Source: Deltaproteobacteria bacterium
GTDB taxonomy: Bacteria; CG2-30-53-67
Direction: 5' to 3'
Assembly (NCBI GenBank): GCA_013151235.1
Contig: JAADIO010000033.1
Location: forward strand, 1-64,000
DNA: 64,000 nt
Shown: positions 49,923 through 60,387 of the stretch, piece by piece
How the letters are laid out: the number at the start of each line of letters is the position of its first letter
Numbering within the stretch: position 1 is the stretch's first letter
Made by a program: the position numbers and the translations under genes
The notes under the pieces: generated by a model
Seen by the model: only the letters and a program-made list of their open reading frames with translations
What the model was told of the DNA's origin: nothing
Database searches by the model: none

Positions 49923-50071
49923 GAATACGGTGGCATTTGAGGGCCCCAGGGCGGCCTCGTCTTCGTTACGCTCCCTGCGCCGCACCACAGGGGGCACGCC
50001 TCAGTCCCATGCCTTGACGAGACCGCCCTGCAGCCCTCTCGGTACGTCACAGTATTTGCGAACAGGACCAC
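49923..50071 (-). repeat. MITE/REP-like element (copy B), inverted relative to 39320-39480; one end truncated
   Basis: Reverse complement GTGGTCCTGTTCGCAAATACTGTGAC...CTCGTCAAGGC...CCCCCTGTGG...CTCAAATGCCACCGTATTC aligns with copy A. Confidence 0.8.
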
Positions 50072-50098
50072 TTAGGCAATACCGCGCGTATTTGGTTC

Positions 50099-50539
50099 TC
50101 ATTCAGGGAACGGGAAAGCATCCAGTCCTGTTGCTCTTGAAGAATGCAGCAGGTTGTCAAAGGTATAGGATTTCAGTTGTTCTTTCACCACTTCCTGAAT
50201 TGCCAACCAGACGGGATGGACTGTACAGAACGGGCTTCGATGGCATCCCCGCTCCTTAATGACACAGTCGTTGAGTCCCACGCCCCCATCTTCGATGCAG
50301 TTGATTACATCGTAGAGTGAGATCTCTGCCGGTTTTTTGAGGAGATGCACCCCACCACCCACGCCCCGGCTCGATTCTACCAGTTTTTCCCTCGCCAGTT
50401 TCTGGACAATCTTCGGGAGAAAACTGGAAGGAATTTCCATCGTCCCGGCGATCTCTGCGACCGAGGCTTTGGTCTCCGGCCTGCCGGAAAGGAAAAGAAC
50501 GCAACGAACTGCATAGTCTGTCTCACGTGTGATCCGCAT
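50099..50539 (-). CDS. Rrf2-family Fe-S transcriptional regulator
   Basis: ITRETDYAVR, FLPKIVQKL, SSRGVGGG, C-X6-C-X5-C-X2-H (CVIKERGCHRSPFCTVH). Confidence 0.95.
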   Translation of the reverse strand: MRITRETDYAVRCVLFLSGRPETKASVAEIAGTMEIPSSFLPKIVQKLAREKLVESSRGVGGGVHLLKKPAEISLYDVINCIEDGGVGLNDCVIKERGCHRSPFCTVHPVWLAIQEVVKEQLKSYTFDNLLHSSRATGLDAFPFPE

Positions 50540-50542
50540 AAT

Positions 50543-50579
50543 TAAAGAGTAAATTACTCCTGTTTGAGGGAGGTGTCAA
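50543..50579 (-). promoter_or_regulatory. sigma70 promoter of rrf2 overlapped by a palindromic operator
   Basis: Minus strand TTGACA-17-TAATTT; palindrome GAGTAA-A-TTACTC at 50547-50559 covers the -10. Confidence 0.55.
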
Positions 50580-50967
50580 CCCTTTTTTCAGGCGATCGTA
50601 ATAAAATCTTTAACAACAACCCAAGACCCTACGATTACAGGGAGAAAGAATATGCTTATGAAGCATACCATACGGAAAGCAGGCCTGACTCGGAGCACCG
50701 AAAGCCATTACTGCAACCGAGCACCATCATCTATTGGCCCGTATCTTTTTATAAGATGTTCAGAAGCAAAAAATGGACCTTCTGGATAATTTTAAATAGT
50801 TGAGGAATACTCGTCCAGCCATGCACAGACCTGTCGGGATAATTTCTGCAGGGATATGGAAGGTTCTTTCCGGATCCGTGTGCCGATCCGGTGTTACGCG
50901 TGTGCCAAAATCAGCTGCCCAAAGGGGGGCATCAAAGCGATGTTCTTTGGGCGTCGATTCTTTACTT

Positions 50968-51765
50968 TCACCCGAAATAGAGGTGTACCCGGTCTCCCCG
51001 GAGGATTCCGGTCTTCTCCTGGGCGCTTCCCATGAAACAGAAGATCTCCATCAGATCAAAGCTGTTAAGGATGATTCCGGGAGCGTCGGTCCGGTTCTCC
51101 GCATAGGATTGATAGAACCCGCGAAACTTTTTGCCGCCGATCTCGACAACAAAATCCTGATTCTCGAAGGCCTCCAGATGTTGCCGCTGAATATTGGTAA
51201 TCAGGTTGCCGAAACGATCCACATGAATCACCTCTCCCCGCAACCGATCTTCGCTGATCAGCAACTGGGGGATGTTCAACTGTTTGTAGTCGGAGATTTC
51301 CGGCCCCATCTTTTCCCGGCTCACCCCTCGGGAGAGCCAGGCCGCAACGGGGGCGAAGATATCCCGGCCGTGGAACGTCCGGCTGACCGGCTTTCGCATA
51401 TACCTGTCCGCTGTAATCTCCCGTACCGTACACCTTCCAGCGTCGGCAAAAAGGAGGGAAAGCGCTCCGTTATCCGGGGCCAGAAAAATGGAATTCTCCC
51501 ATTCCACGAGAAGCGGCCGCCTTCCCGTTCCGACACCGGGATCGACCACAACGAGATGAATCGTCCCTTCGGGAAAGTATCGACAGGAACAGGAGAGTGT
51601 GTAAAGAGCCTCTTCCACATTGTGTCGCTCAATCTCATGGGTCAGGTCAACGATCCGGACCTCTGGATTGACGGCCAGGATCACTCCCTTCATGATGCCC
51701 ACAAAGGGGTCCCGGTATCCGAAATCGGTAATCAGTGTAATGGTTGGGATCGTCGTTTCCGTCAT
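50968..51765 (-). CDS. DUF62 SAM hydrolase (fluorinase/chlorinase superfamily)
   Basis: ITDFG..D.FVGIMKG, VVDPGVGT.RR, APDNG, TFHGRDIF, DRFGN. Confidence 0.93.
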   Translation of the reverse strand: MTETTIPTITLITDFGYRDPFVGIMKGVILAVNPEVRIVDLTHEIERHNVEEALYTLSCSCRYFPEGTIHLVVVDPGVGTGRRPLLVEWENSIFLAPDNGALSLLFADAGRCTVREITADRYMRKPVSRTFHGRDIFAPVAAWLSRGVSREKMGPEISDYKQLNIPQLLISEDRLRGEVIHVDRFGNLITNIQRQHLEAFENQDFVVEIGGKKFRGFYQSYAENRTDAPGIILNSFDLMEIFCFMGSAQEKTGILRGDRVHLYFG

Positions 51766-51815
51766 TCTTCCCTCCTGCGGTTTGGGGATCGAACTTACGG
51801 TGTACCATTCTCCCT

Positions 51816-52583
51816 CTACAGAGTCAAGCCGCCGATCTCTTTACGGAGTTTTTCGAGAAACACATAAGAGCGGATTTCCCGGCCGAGAAGGTTCCGGAAA
51901 TAGAGATGGAGCAACTCCCGCAGCTCCCTGTTCAACTTCCGTTCCAGTCGTATATGTCCAAGACGTTCTTCCGTCAGAGTGAGGACCTCCTCCCAGAAGC
52001 GAAGGCACCCGCGGGAGAGCGCGGTTCCCTCGTCGGTGCGCCCCCGACACTTCCGGCAGAGAATTCCCCCCTGACGGAGGGAAAACCGAAAGGGCTCCGT
52101 CCCGCCGCCGCATTGCACACAGGCATTCATCTTTGGGGCGAAACCCGCCAGCACAAGCAGCCGGATTTCGAAAATCCGGAGAATCGGTTCCGTTTCAACG
52201 ACTTCCTGCAGACGGTTCAGGGTCTGCAAAAGAAGCTGAAAAATTTCCGGTGCAGCCTCCCGTTCAGGTAAAAGGCCCAGTACAAGCTCCGCCAGATATT
52301 GACCGGAAGCAGAACGAAAAAGGTCCTCCCGGACCCTTCTGAAGGAATGGAGAATGTCGAAATGATTGATGTTGACCAGGTTTTTCTCTTCCCGGTCGAA
52401 GTAGATGAGCGTACCGTGCGTAAGCGTCTCCAGGGCGGGTCCGAAACGGCTTTTGAGGCGCCGGGCGCCCCGAGCCAGACCGGCCAGTTTGCCGTGGTCC
52501 GGTGTCAGGAAGGTTACGATCCGGTCGGCATCCCGGTAATCAATCTTCCGAAGGACAATCGATTCCGAAGAGTAGAGGGGCAT
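51816..52583 (-). CDS. recO: DNA repair protein RecO
   Basis: DYRDADRIVTFLT..GK..ARGARR; Zn finger CVQC..CRKC. Confidence 0.95.
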   Translation of the reverse strand: MPLYSSESIVLRKIDYRDADRIVTFLTPDHGKLAGLARGARRLKSRFGPALETLTHGTLIYFDREEKNLVNINHFDILHSFRRVREDLFRSASGQYLAELVLGLLPEREAAPEIFQLLLQTLNRLQEVVETEPILRIFEIRLLVLAGFAPKMNACVQCGGGTEPFRFSLRQGGILCRKCRGRTDEGTALSRGCLRFWEEVLTLTEERLGHIRLERKLNRELRELLHLYFRNLLGREIRSYVFLEKLRKEIGGLTL

Positions 52584-52619
52584 ATCTTCCTGTCCGTTGG
52601 GGGGGGCGATGCCGCTGTG

Positions 52620-53981
52620 CTATCCGATCGGCATCAGGGCCGTGGCAATCGAAAAATAGATCAGGATTCCCACCAGGTCGGTAGAGGTCGTCACAAAAGG
52701 ATTCGTGGCCACCGCCGGATCGATCCCTAATTTTTTAAAAATCATCGGATAAAGAACACCAATGGTTACGGCGAAGAGCATGGAGGCGCAGATCGAAAGC
52801 CCGACCACCAGTCCCAGCAATGGGGACGAATGGTAGAAAATATAGGTAAAGATCCCGAGGAGGTTGCCGTAAACAAACCCCAGAAGGAGCCCGACGCGGA
52901 CCTCCTTGAAGATCACCGGCAGGAGATTATCGAGCCCGATCCGACCGAGGGCCATTCCACGAACGACAATAACGGCGCTCTGCCCGCCGATGTTCCCTCC
53001 CATCCCGAGGATGACCGGGATAAATGCCGCCAGTGCAATGACCTTGTTCATCGAATTCTGAAAAGAGGCGATCAGATAGGAATTCACAACCCCGGCAACC
53101 AGGGTCGCCGTCAGCCAGGGAAAGCGGAGACGGGCGATCTTGAAAGAAGACTTGCTCGTAATCTCTTCATCGTCGGTCCCGGCCATTTTGTAGAGATCTT
53201 CCGTCGCCTCTTCCCGGATAACGCCAATAACGTCGTCGACGGTTACGACCCCCTGGAGCCGATGGGCCTCGTCCACCACGGGAATGGCCAGCAGATCGTA
53301 TTTTTCCACCTCCCGGGCGACCTCTTCCTGGTCGGTGTCCACCGTCACATAGACGACATCGGAATTCATAATCTCCCGCACCGTCTGATCGGGAGTCCCG
53401 ACAATCAACTGCCGAAGGGAGATGACACCCAACAGGTGCTGATGGCGGTCAACAACATAGAGGTAGAACACCATCTCGAAATCTTCCGCCCGGCGGACCT
53501 CTTCAACCGCATCGCCGACGGTCATATCTTCATAAACATGAAAAACGTCGGTCGTCATGATCCCGCCGGCGGTATCCTCGTCGTAGTCGAGGAGCTTTTT
53601 GACGTCGGCGACCCCGTCCTCGTTCTTCATGAGGTCAAGAATTTCCTGGGCCTTCTCCTCTTCAAGGGACCCGAGCAGGTCGGCGGCATCGTCCGACTCC
53701 ATCTCCTGGACAATCTCCGAAGTCTCCTGCGGATTGAGATCGGCCACAAGTTCATCCCAGAGCGCTTCTCCCATTTCACTTACCACATCGGCCGCCAGGA
53801 TCTCATTGGCCCGGACGATGTTAAAGAGCTTCTTCTTTTCCTCCAGCGAGATATGCCGGAAAAGATGGGCGATATCGGCCGGATGGGTCTGTTCAAGGAT
53901 CCGGAGGATATTCAGATTTGCATTCCGTTCCAGATAGCGCCGGATCGACCGTAATGTAATTTCAAATTTCTTCGTATGCAT
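52620..53981 (-). CDS. mgtE: Magnesium transporter
   Basis: HPADIA, DTAGGIMT CBS pair, MGGNIGGQS, DPAVATNPFVTT. Confidence 0.97.
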   Translation of the reverse strand: MHTKKFEITLRSIRRYLERNANLNILRILEQTHPADIAHLFRHISLEEKKKLFNIVRANEILAADVVSEMGEALWDELVADLNPQETSEIVQEMESDDAADLLGSLEEEKAQEILDLMKNEDGVADVKKLLDYDEDTAGGIMTTDVFHVYEDMTVGDAVEEVRRAEDFEMVFYLYVVDRHQHLLGVISLRQLIVGTPDQTVREIMNSDVVYVTVDTDQEEVAREVEKYDLLAIPVVDEAHRLQGVVTVDDVIGVIREEATEDLYKMAGTDDEEITSKSSFKIARLRFPWLTATLVAGVVNSYLIASFQNSMNKVIALAAFIPVILGMGGNIGGQSAVIVVRGMALGRIGLDNLLPVIFKEVRVGLLLGFVYGNLLGIFTYIFYHSSPLLGLVVGLSICASMLFAVTIGVLYPMIFKKLGIDPAVATNPFVTTSTDLVGILIYFSIATALMPIG

Positions 53982-54008
53982 GCTCTACTCAAAAAAAAGA
54001 GATCGTCT

Positions 54009-54920
54009 CTACTCGTATCCCAGTTCCCGGAGCATCCTGACCTGACTGCGCCAGTCTTTCCGGACCTTGACCCAGAGACGCAGAAAGACCTGGGAGCCCA
54101 GGAGCGATTCGACCTCCGGACGGACGAGGGAACCGATTGCCCGCAACATCCGCCCCCCCTTCCCGATCAGAATCCCTTTCTGTGAATCCTTTTCCACATA
54201 GATGACGGCATCCACATCGACCAGTTTTCCGGAAGGACGGGCCTTGACCTGTTCAACCCGGACGGCCACGGAATGCGGGATCTCCTTCTCGGTCCGGAAA
54301 ATGATTTTCTCTCGAATCATCTCGGCGATCATAAAACGTTTGGAAACATCGGTCAGGCTCTCTTCCGGAAAATAGGGAGGTCCTTCCGGCAACGCATCCG
54401 CAATCACCTCTTCGAGACGATCGACGCCGTCCCCGGTCAGCGCCGAAATCGGCACAACCTCCTGGAAACTCAGTTTTTCCCGGTACGCGGAAATCAGGGG
54501 AAGAATCCGCTCCTTTTGTATCGTATCTATCTTGTTTATAATCAAATAGATCGGCCTACTTACCTCATGTAATCTATGCAGTATGAAATCGCCCTGTTCA
54601 AGAAACCTGATCTCCGGTTCTACGAGAAAGAAAATCAAATCCGCATCTTTCAGAGCGGCAAGAGCCGTCTGAACCATCCTCTCGTTTAAGCGACGTTTCG
54701 CCTTGTGAATTCCCGGCGTATCGAGAAAAAGAACCTGGTACCGGTCCGTCGTCCTGATCCCCAGGATACTGTTCCGCGTGGTCTGGGGTTTGTCGGTCAC
54801 GATGGAAATTTTCTCCCCGATAATCCGGTTCATCAGGGTCGATTTCCCCACATTCGGCCGCCCGATCAGGGCCACGTAGCCCGAACGGAACACATTTTTT
54901 GTTTCATACGACGCCATCAT
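54009..54920 (-). CDS. era: GTPase Era
   Basis: GRPNVGKSTL, PQTTR, DTPG, NKID, KH domain IGKGG. Confidence 0.98.
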   Translation of the reverse strand: MMASYETKNVFRSGYVALIGRPNVGKSTLMNRIIGEKISIVTDKPQTTRNSILGIRTTDRYQVLFLDTPGIHKAKRRLNERMVQTALAALKDADLIFFLVEPEIRFLEQGDFILHRLHEVSRPIYLIINKIDTIQKERILPLISAYREKLSFQEVVPISALTGDGVDRLEEVIADALPEGPPYFPEESLTDVSKRFMIAEMIREKIIFRTEKEIPHSVAVRVEQVKARPSGKLVDVDAVIYVEKDSQKGILIGKGGRMLRAIGSLVRPEVESLLGSQVFLRLWVKVRKDWRSQVRMLRELGYE

Positions 54921-55014
54921 CACCCCGCCGTTCAGAATAATCCCTTCAGACGCACCAAGTCCGACGTGCAACAATCTAACAGATGCATCGTAAGAGGTCA
55001 ATCTCGCAAATTCT

Positions 55015-56409
55015 TCAGAAGAGTTCGAGCTGATTTCGCTGGATCTCGGGGAAGCGGATGGCATACTTCCCGGAGAAGCAGGCCAGGCAATATCCGTCCG
55101 CCTGATCAGGAACGGCCTCCATCATCTTTTCTACACTGAGGTAGCCCAGGGAATCGGCCGTAATATAGCGGCGGATGTCCTCCACGGTATGGGAGGAGGC
55201 GATCAACTCTTTCCGCGTGGGAGTGTCGATCCCGTAGAAGCAGGGATGAGTGGTCGGGGGGGAACTGACCCGCATGTGAACCTCCCGGGCCCCCGCATCC
55301 CGCACCATCTTGACGATCTTCCGGCTGGTGGTCCCCCGAACGATGGAGTCATCCACAAGGATAACCCGTTTCCCTTGCAGGGCTTCCCGGACGGGGTTCA
55401 GCTTCAGTTTGACGCCGAAATGGCGGATGGCGTGCTCCGGTTCGATAAAGGTCCGACCGACATAGTGGTTCCGGATCAGGGCCGGTTCAAAGGGAATCCC
55501 CGATTCTTCGGCATAACCGAGGGAGGGGGGCATTCCGGAATCGGGAACGGGAACCACCACGTCGGCCTCGACGGGATGTTCCCGGGCCAGCGCACGGCCG
55601 AAATTCATCCGGACGGTATTGACCGTATTTCCGAAGATTACACTGTCGGGACGGGCAAAATAGACATGCTCGAAGATGCAGGCCTTCCGTTCCTTCCGGG
55701 GAAAGGGAAAACTGGAATGAGCTCCTTCGTTATTCACGATCAGCATCTCCCCCGGTTTGATTTCCCGCAGATATTCCGCTTCGATCAGGTCGAAGGCACA
55801 GGTCTCCGAGGCAACCACATAGGCTTCATCCATCTTCCCCAGGACCAGGGGTCGAATCCCACGGGGATCCCGGACGGCGATCATCTCCTTTTCATTCATA
55901 AAAAGCATGGAATAGGCCCCTTTGACCCGGTTCAAGGCATCAACGATCCGGTCCGCGAGGGTTGCATACTTGGAGACGGCAATGAGGTGAACGACCACCT
56001 CCGTGTCGCTGGTCGTATGAAAGATGGAGCCGTAGGCCTCCAACTGGTCCTTGATATACTGCGCATTCAGCAGGTTCCCGTTATGGGCGACACTCATCTG
56101 CCCCAGGGAGTAGTTGACCAGAAGGGGTTGGACATTCTTCAGTAGGCTCTCGCCTGCGGTGGAGTAACGATTGTGCCCCATGGCAGCTCTTCCCGAAAGC
56201 CGGTTCAGGCGCTCCCGGGTAAAGATCTCGGAAACCAACCCCATCCCCCGTTCAATACGGATCTTCTTCCCATCGGAGGTGACGATGCCGGCGCCCTCCT
56301 GGCCGCGATGCTGCAGGGCATGCAGTCCAAGATAGGCCAGCTTCGAGGCTTCGGGATGATTAAAGATCCCGATGACACCGCATTCTTCGTGAAACTTGTC
56401 GAACGGCAT
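55015..56409 (-). CDS. purF: Amidophosphoribosyltransferase
   Basis: [28 protein letters not shown]. Confidence 0.98.
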   Translation of the reverse strand: MPFDKFHEECGVIGIFNHPEASKLAYLGLHALQHRGQEGAGIVTSDGKKIRIERGMGLVSEIFTRERLNRLSGRAAMGHNRYSTAGESLLKNVQPLLVNYSLGQMSVAHNGNLLNAQYIKDQLEAYGSIFHTTSDTEVVVHLIAVSKYATLADRIVDALNRVKGAYSMLFMNEKEMIAVRDPRGIRPLVLGKMDEAYVVASETCAFDLIEAEYLREIKPGEMLIVNNEGAHSSFPFPRKERKACIFEHVYFARPDSVIFGNTVNTVRMNFGRALAREHPVEADVVVPVPDSGMPPSLGYAEESGIPFEPALIRNHYVGRTFIEPEHAIRHFGVKLKLNPVREALQGKRVILVDDSIVRGTTSRKIVKMVRDAGAREVHMRVSSPPTTHPCFYGIDTPTRKELIASSHTVEDIRRYITADSLGYLSVEKMMEAVPDQADGYCLACFSGKYAIRFPEIQRNQLELF

Positions 56410-56422
56410 GGAGGGTTCCTTT

Positions 56423-58657
56423 TTATACGGTTGCATCATGGATCATCTGATACCGGATGGCACTACGATGGATTTTTCGGAGGGTTTCAACCGGCCATTG
56501 GAAGGTCCGTCCCTGCAGGTCGATCGAAAGGTCCACCCCTCCGACCAGCCCCAGGAAGGTCACGGGGGCGCCGATCCGGTTGGCAATCTCCTTGAAGGTA
56601 TCGAGGTACTTGTCTTCGATACTGACCACGATGCGGGACTGGCTCTCCCCGAAGAGGAGGACATCGGGACGGAGATCGTCATCCAGGGAAACCCGGGCAC
56701 CGATATGGGGTCCTGAGCCGGTCAGACAACATTCGGCCAGGGCCACGGCAAGCCCCCCTTCGGAACAGTCATGCGCGGAACGAAGCAGACCCGCTTCACA
56801 GGCCTTCAGCACCGTTTCCTGCACCGTTCGCTCTTTCTCCAGGTCGAGGACCGGCGGCGGCCCGCTGACTTGTCCATGCATGACTTCAAGATACTTCGAG
56901 CCGCCCAACTCCTCGAGGGTCTCGCCCACGAGCAGGATCGCATCTCCTTCTTGTTTGAACCATTGCGTCATGTGTCGATGCACATCCTCAATCAGCCCCA
57001 CCATCCCGACGGTCGGCGTCGGCCAGATCGCCTCTCCCTTCGTTTCATTGTAGAAACTGACGTTCCCGCTCACCACCGGCGTCCCCAGTGCCCGGCAGGC
57101 GGCGCTCATCCCCTCCACGGCCTGCACAAACTGCCACATGATCTCCGGCTTCTCGGGATTGCCGAAATTCAGGCAGTCCGTGATGGCCATCGGACGGGCC
57201 CCGGCGCAGACCACATTCCGGGCCGCTTCGGCCACGGCGGCCATCCCGCCGACATAGGGATCAAGATAGCAATAGCGACCGTTGCAGTCGGTGGAGACGG
57301 CGATCCCTTTCTTCGTCCCCTTCACCCGGATGACGGCGGCGTCGGAGCCGGGAAGGACGATGGTATTGGTCCGGACCATGTGATCGTACTGCTCGAAGAC
57401 CCACTCCTTGTCGGCGATGTCGTGGTCGCCCAGGAGGATCGGGAGGATTTCCTGAAGGTCCACGGGAACGGAGATCAAATCAAGATCGAGGATGCGCCGC
57501 TCACGCTGCGTCTCCGATTCTCCATGGGGCCGGTCGTATATCGGCGCCTGCTGCGCGATCTTAAGAGCCGGGATCTCGGCGACCTGTTTCCCGCCGTCGA
57601 GGATGCGCAGCATACCGTCATCCGTCACGCGGCCGATGGTGACGGCCTCTAGGTCCCACTTTTTGAAGATTTCATGGATCGCCTCTTCATTTTCTTTTTC
57701 GGCCACGAGGAGCATTCTCTCCTGCGATTCGGAGAGCATGATCTCGTAGGGGATCATCCCCTCTTCCCGGCGGGGCACAAGCGACAGGTCGAGTTCCACC
57801 CCCGTCCCGGCCCGGCCGGCCATCTCGCAGGAGGAACTGGTCAGACCCGCTCCTCCCATGTCCTGGATACCGACGAGGAGATCCTTTTTCATGACCTCAA
57901 GACAGGCCTCAAGGAGCAGTTTCTCCATGAAGGGGTCGCCGACCTGGACGGTCGGTTTCTTCTGTTCCGAATCATCGACGAACTCCTCCGAGGCCATGGT
58001 CACCCCGTGGATGCCGTCCCGGCCGGTCCTGGATCCGACGTAGATCACCACGTTCCCGGGTCCGGAGGCATACCCCCGGAAGATCCCGTCCGATGCGGCG
58101 ATCCCCAGCGTAAAGGCGTTGACGAGGCAGTTGCCGTTATAGCAGTCGGAGAAACAGATCTCCCCGCCGATCGTGGGAACCCCCATGCAGTTGCCATATC
58201 CGGCTATTCCGTCGACGACGCCGTCCAATAAATATTGGTTATGGGGTTCCGTCAGTTTTCCGAAACGGAGGGAATTCATGTTCGCCACGGGGCGCGCCCC
58301 CATGGTGAAGACGTCCCGCATGATCCCGCCGACACCGGTAGCGGCCCCCTGGTAAGGTTCAATGAAGGATGGGTGGTTATGGCTTTCCATTTTGAAGACC
58401 GCGGCGAGACCATCTCCGATATCGATGACGCCCGCATTCTCGCCCGGTCCTTCGATCACGTAAGGGGCTTCGGTCGGAAACTTCTTCAGGTGGAGACGGG
58501 AACTCTTGTAACTACAGTGTTCGCTCCACATCACGGAAAAAATCCCCAATTCCGTAAAGGTCGGCTTCCTTCCGAGGATCGACAGGATCCGCTCGTACTC
58601 CTCCGGAGAGAGTCCATGCTGCTGAACGATTTCTTCCGTGATGACAGGTTCCTGCAT
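56423..58657 (-). CDS. purL: FGAM synthase subunit PurL
   Basis: [38 protein letters not shown]. Confidence 0.98.
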   Translation of the reverse strand: MQEPVITEEIVQQHGLSPEEYERILSILGRKPTFTELGIFSVMWSEHCSYKSSRLHLKKFPTEAPYVIEGPGENAGVIDIGDGLAAVFKMESHNHPSFIEPYQGAATGVGGIMRDVFTMGARPVANMNSLRFGKLTEPHNQYLLDGVVDGIAGYGNCMGVPTIGGEICFSDCYNGNCLVNAFTLGIAASDGIFRGYASGPGNVVIYVGSRTGRDGIHGVTMASEEFVDDSEQKKPTVQVGDPFMEKLLLEACLEVMKKDLLVGIQDMGGAGLTSSSCEMAGRAGTGVELDLSLVPRREEGMIPYEIMLSESQERMLLVAEKENEEAIHEIFKKWDLEAVTIGRVTDDGMLRILDGGKQVAEIPALKIAQQAPIYDRPHGESETQRERRILDLDLISVPVDLQEILPILLGDHDIADKEWVFEQYDHMVRTNTIVLPGSDAAVIRVKGTKKGIAVSTDCNGRYCYLDPYVGGMAAVAEAARNVVCAGARPMAITDCLNFGNPEKPEIMWQFVQAVEGMSAACRALGTPVVSGNVSFYNETKGEAIWPTPTVGMVGLIEDVHRHMTQWFKQEGDAILLVGETLEELGGSKYLEVMHGQVSGPPPVLDLEKERTVQETVLKACEAGLLRSAHDCSEGGLAVALAECCLTGSGPHIGARVSLDDDLRPDVLLFGESQSRIVVSIEDKYLDTFKEIANRIGAPVTFLGLVGGVDLSIDLQGRTFQWPVETLRKIHRSAIRYQMIHDATV

Positions 58658-58701
58658 GACCGTTCCTTTGTTCCGGCGTTGTAAAAAGTCCGCCTGCGAT
58701 C

Positions 58702-59391
58702 TTACTGAACGTGATGGAGGATCGACTCGAAAATTCCTCTTCCGTCTTCGTTGCCGAGAATCGCTTCGGCGCACCGTTCCGGGTGCGGCATCATCCCGAG
58801 GACATTCCGCTTCTCATTAACGATCCCGGCGATGTTCTCCCTGGAACCGTTGGGGTTGGCCGATGCATCGGTTTTTCCGTACGGATCGCTGTAACGGAAA
58901 AGGACACGGTCCTCTTCGTTCAACCGGGCCAGGGTTTCCGCATCGGCGTAATAGTTGCCGTCGGCATGGGCAATGGGAATCCGGAGGACCTCACCCGCCT
59001 CAAGTTGATTCGTAAAAGGAGTTTCTGAGCTTTCCGTACGTAACCATACGTCTTTACAGATAAATTTAAGGGATTCATTTCGCTTCATTGCGCCGGGAAG
59101 AAGGCCCGACTCCAGCAGGATCTGGAATCCGTTGCAGATCCCGAAGACCAGCCCGCCCCCTTCCGCAAAGTCCCGGACCGCCTTCATGACCGGCGAAAAC
59201 TTTGCAATCGCCCCGGTACGCAGATAGTCTCCGTAGGAGAACCCTCCGGGGAGGATCAGACAGTCGATTCCGGTGATCTTCTCCTCCTTGTGCCAGATGA
59301 ATTCCGCTTCCCCGCCCAGGACGTGCCGGGTCACATGATAGCAGTCGTGATCACAGTTGGAGCCGGGAAATACCACGATGCCGAATCTCAT
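58702..59391 (-). CDS. purQ: FGAM synthase glutaminase PurQ
   Basis: [30 protein letters not shown]. Confidence 0.98.
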   Translation of the reverse strand: MRFGIVVFPGSNCDHDCYHVTRHVLGGEAEFIWHKEEKITGIDCLILPGGFSYGDYLRTGAIAKFSPVMKAVRDFAEGGGLVFGICNGFQILLESGLLPGAMKRNESLKFICKDVWLRTESSETPFTNQLEAGEVLRIPIAHADGNYYADAETLARLNEEDRVLFRYSDPYGKTDASANPNGSRENIAGIVNEKRNVLGMMPHPERCAEAILGNEDGRGIFESILHHVQ

Positions 59392-59636
59392 GCCTCGATC
59401 TCCACCCGGTAATCTTCGATCACGGTATTGGCGAGAAGCTTCTCGCACATCGAGTGTACGGCCTTCTCCGCATCTGCTGCGGACATCTCCCCGAGAGAGA
59501 CCTCCATGTATTTACCGATCCGGACCTCCTGCACCCCCTCAAATCCGAGATTATCGAGGGCGTGCTTGACGGTCTTCCCCTGGGGATCAAGAACCCCCTC
59601 TTTCAGTGTCACATAGACCCTGGCCTTCAGCATCAT
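59388..59636 (-). CDS. purS: FGAM synthase subunit PurS
   Basis: [19 protein letters not shown]. Confidence 0.97.
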   Translation of the reverse strand: MMLKARVYVTLKEGVLDPQGKTVKHALDNLGFEGVQEVRIGKYMEVSLGEMSAADAEKAVHSMCEKLLANTVIEDYRVEIEA

Positions 59637-60346
59637 TCGCCCCCTTCGCAGACAATCCCGCAGATCTCATTGTAGGCTTCTTCGACTCCGCCCAGGTCAC
59701 GACGGAAACGGTCCTTGTCCATTTTCTTCAGGGTCTCCTTCTCCCAGAGCCGCATGGTATCCTGACAGATTTCATCGCCGAGGAGGATCTCTCCATGATG
59801 GCGCCCGAACTCAATCTTGAAATCAACGAGGATAAACCCCTTTTCATCGAAAAACCCGGAGAGCGTCGCATTCACCTTTTCCGTGTAACCGATGAGAAGG
59901 TCGATCTCCTCCCGTGCAGCCCAGCCGAGGGCCAGAACATGTTCGACCGTGATCAGCGGATCCCCCAGGTCATCGTTTTTGTAGGAAAATTCGATGACCG
60001 GCTGTTTCAGGAGGGTCCCCTCCTCCAGGCCGTACCGCCTTGCCATCGTGCCGGCCACCCGGTTACGAACGATCACCTCCAGGGGGAGGATCTCGAGACG
60101 TTTGACCAGCATCTCTCGATCGTTCAGCCGTTTCACAAAGTGGGTTTTGACCCCGGCCGCCTCGACCCGGCGGAAAAGCGCCTCGGAAATTTTGTTGTTT
60201 ACGACACCTTTGTTGACGATGGTGCCCCGTTTCTGATTATTGAAGGCCGTGGCGTCATCCTTGAAATACTGGATCAGGTAATCGGGATCCTCCGTCTCGT
60301 AGAGGATCTTGGCCTTCCCTTCGTAGAGTTTCGCTCCCTTTTCCAT
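59633..60346 (-). CDS. purC: SAICAR synthetase
   Basis: LYEGKAK, FKDDATAFN, LVDFKIEFG, DKDRFR. Confidence 0.98.
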   Translation of the reverse strand: MEKGAKLYEGKAKILYETEDPDYLIQYFKDDATAFNNQKRGTIVNKGVVNNKISEALFRRVEAAGVKTHFVKRLNDREMLVKRLEILPLEVIVRNRVAGTMARRYGLEEGTLLKQPVIEFSYKNDDLGDPLITVEHVLALGWAAREEIDLLIGYTEKVNATLSGFFDEKGFILVDFKIEFGRHHGEILLGDEICQDTMRLWEKETLKKMDKDRFRRDLGGVEEAYNEICGIVCEGGE

Positions 60347-60387
60347 TTGGTCTGCTCCCATCACGGACGTCCCGGAGACCGCCTGTC

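Noticed and set aside
50968-51765. True halogenase (fluorinase/chlorinase)
   Set aside because: Housekeeping context and the conserved Asp/Arg/His motifs (DPGVGT.RR, TFHGRD) fit the DUF62 SAM hydrolase
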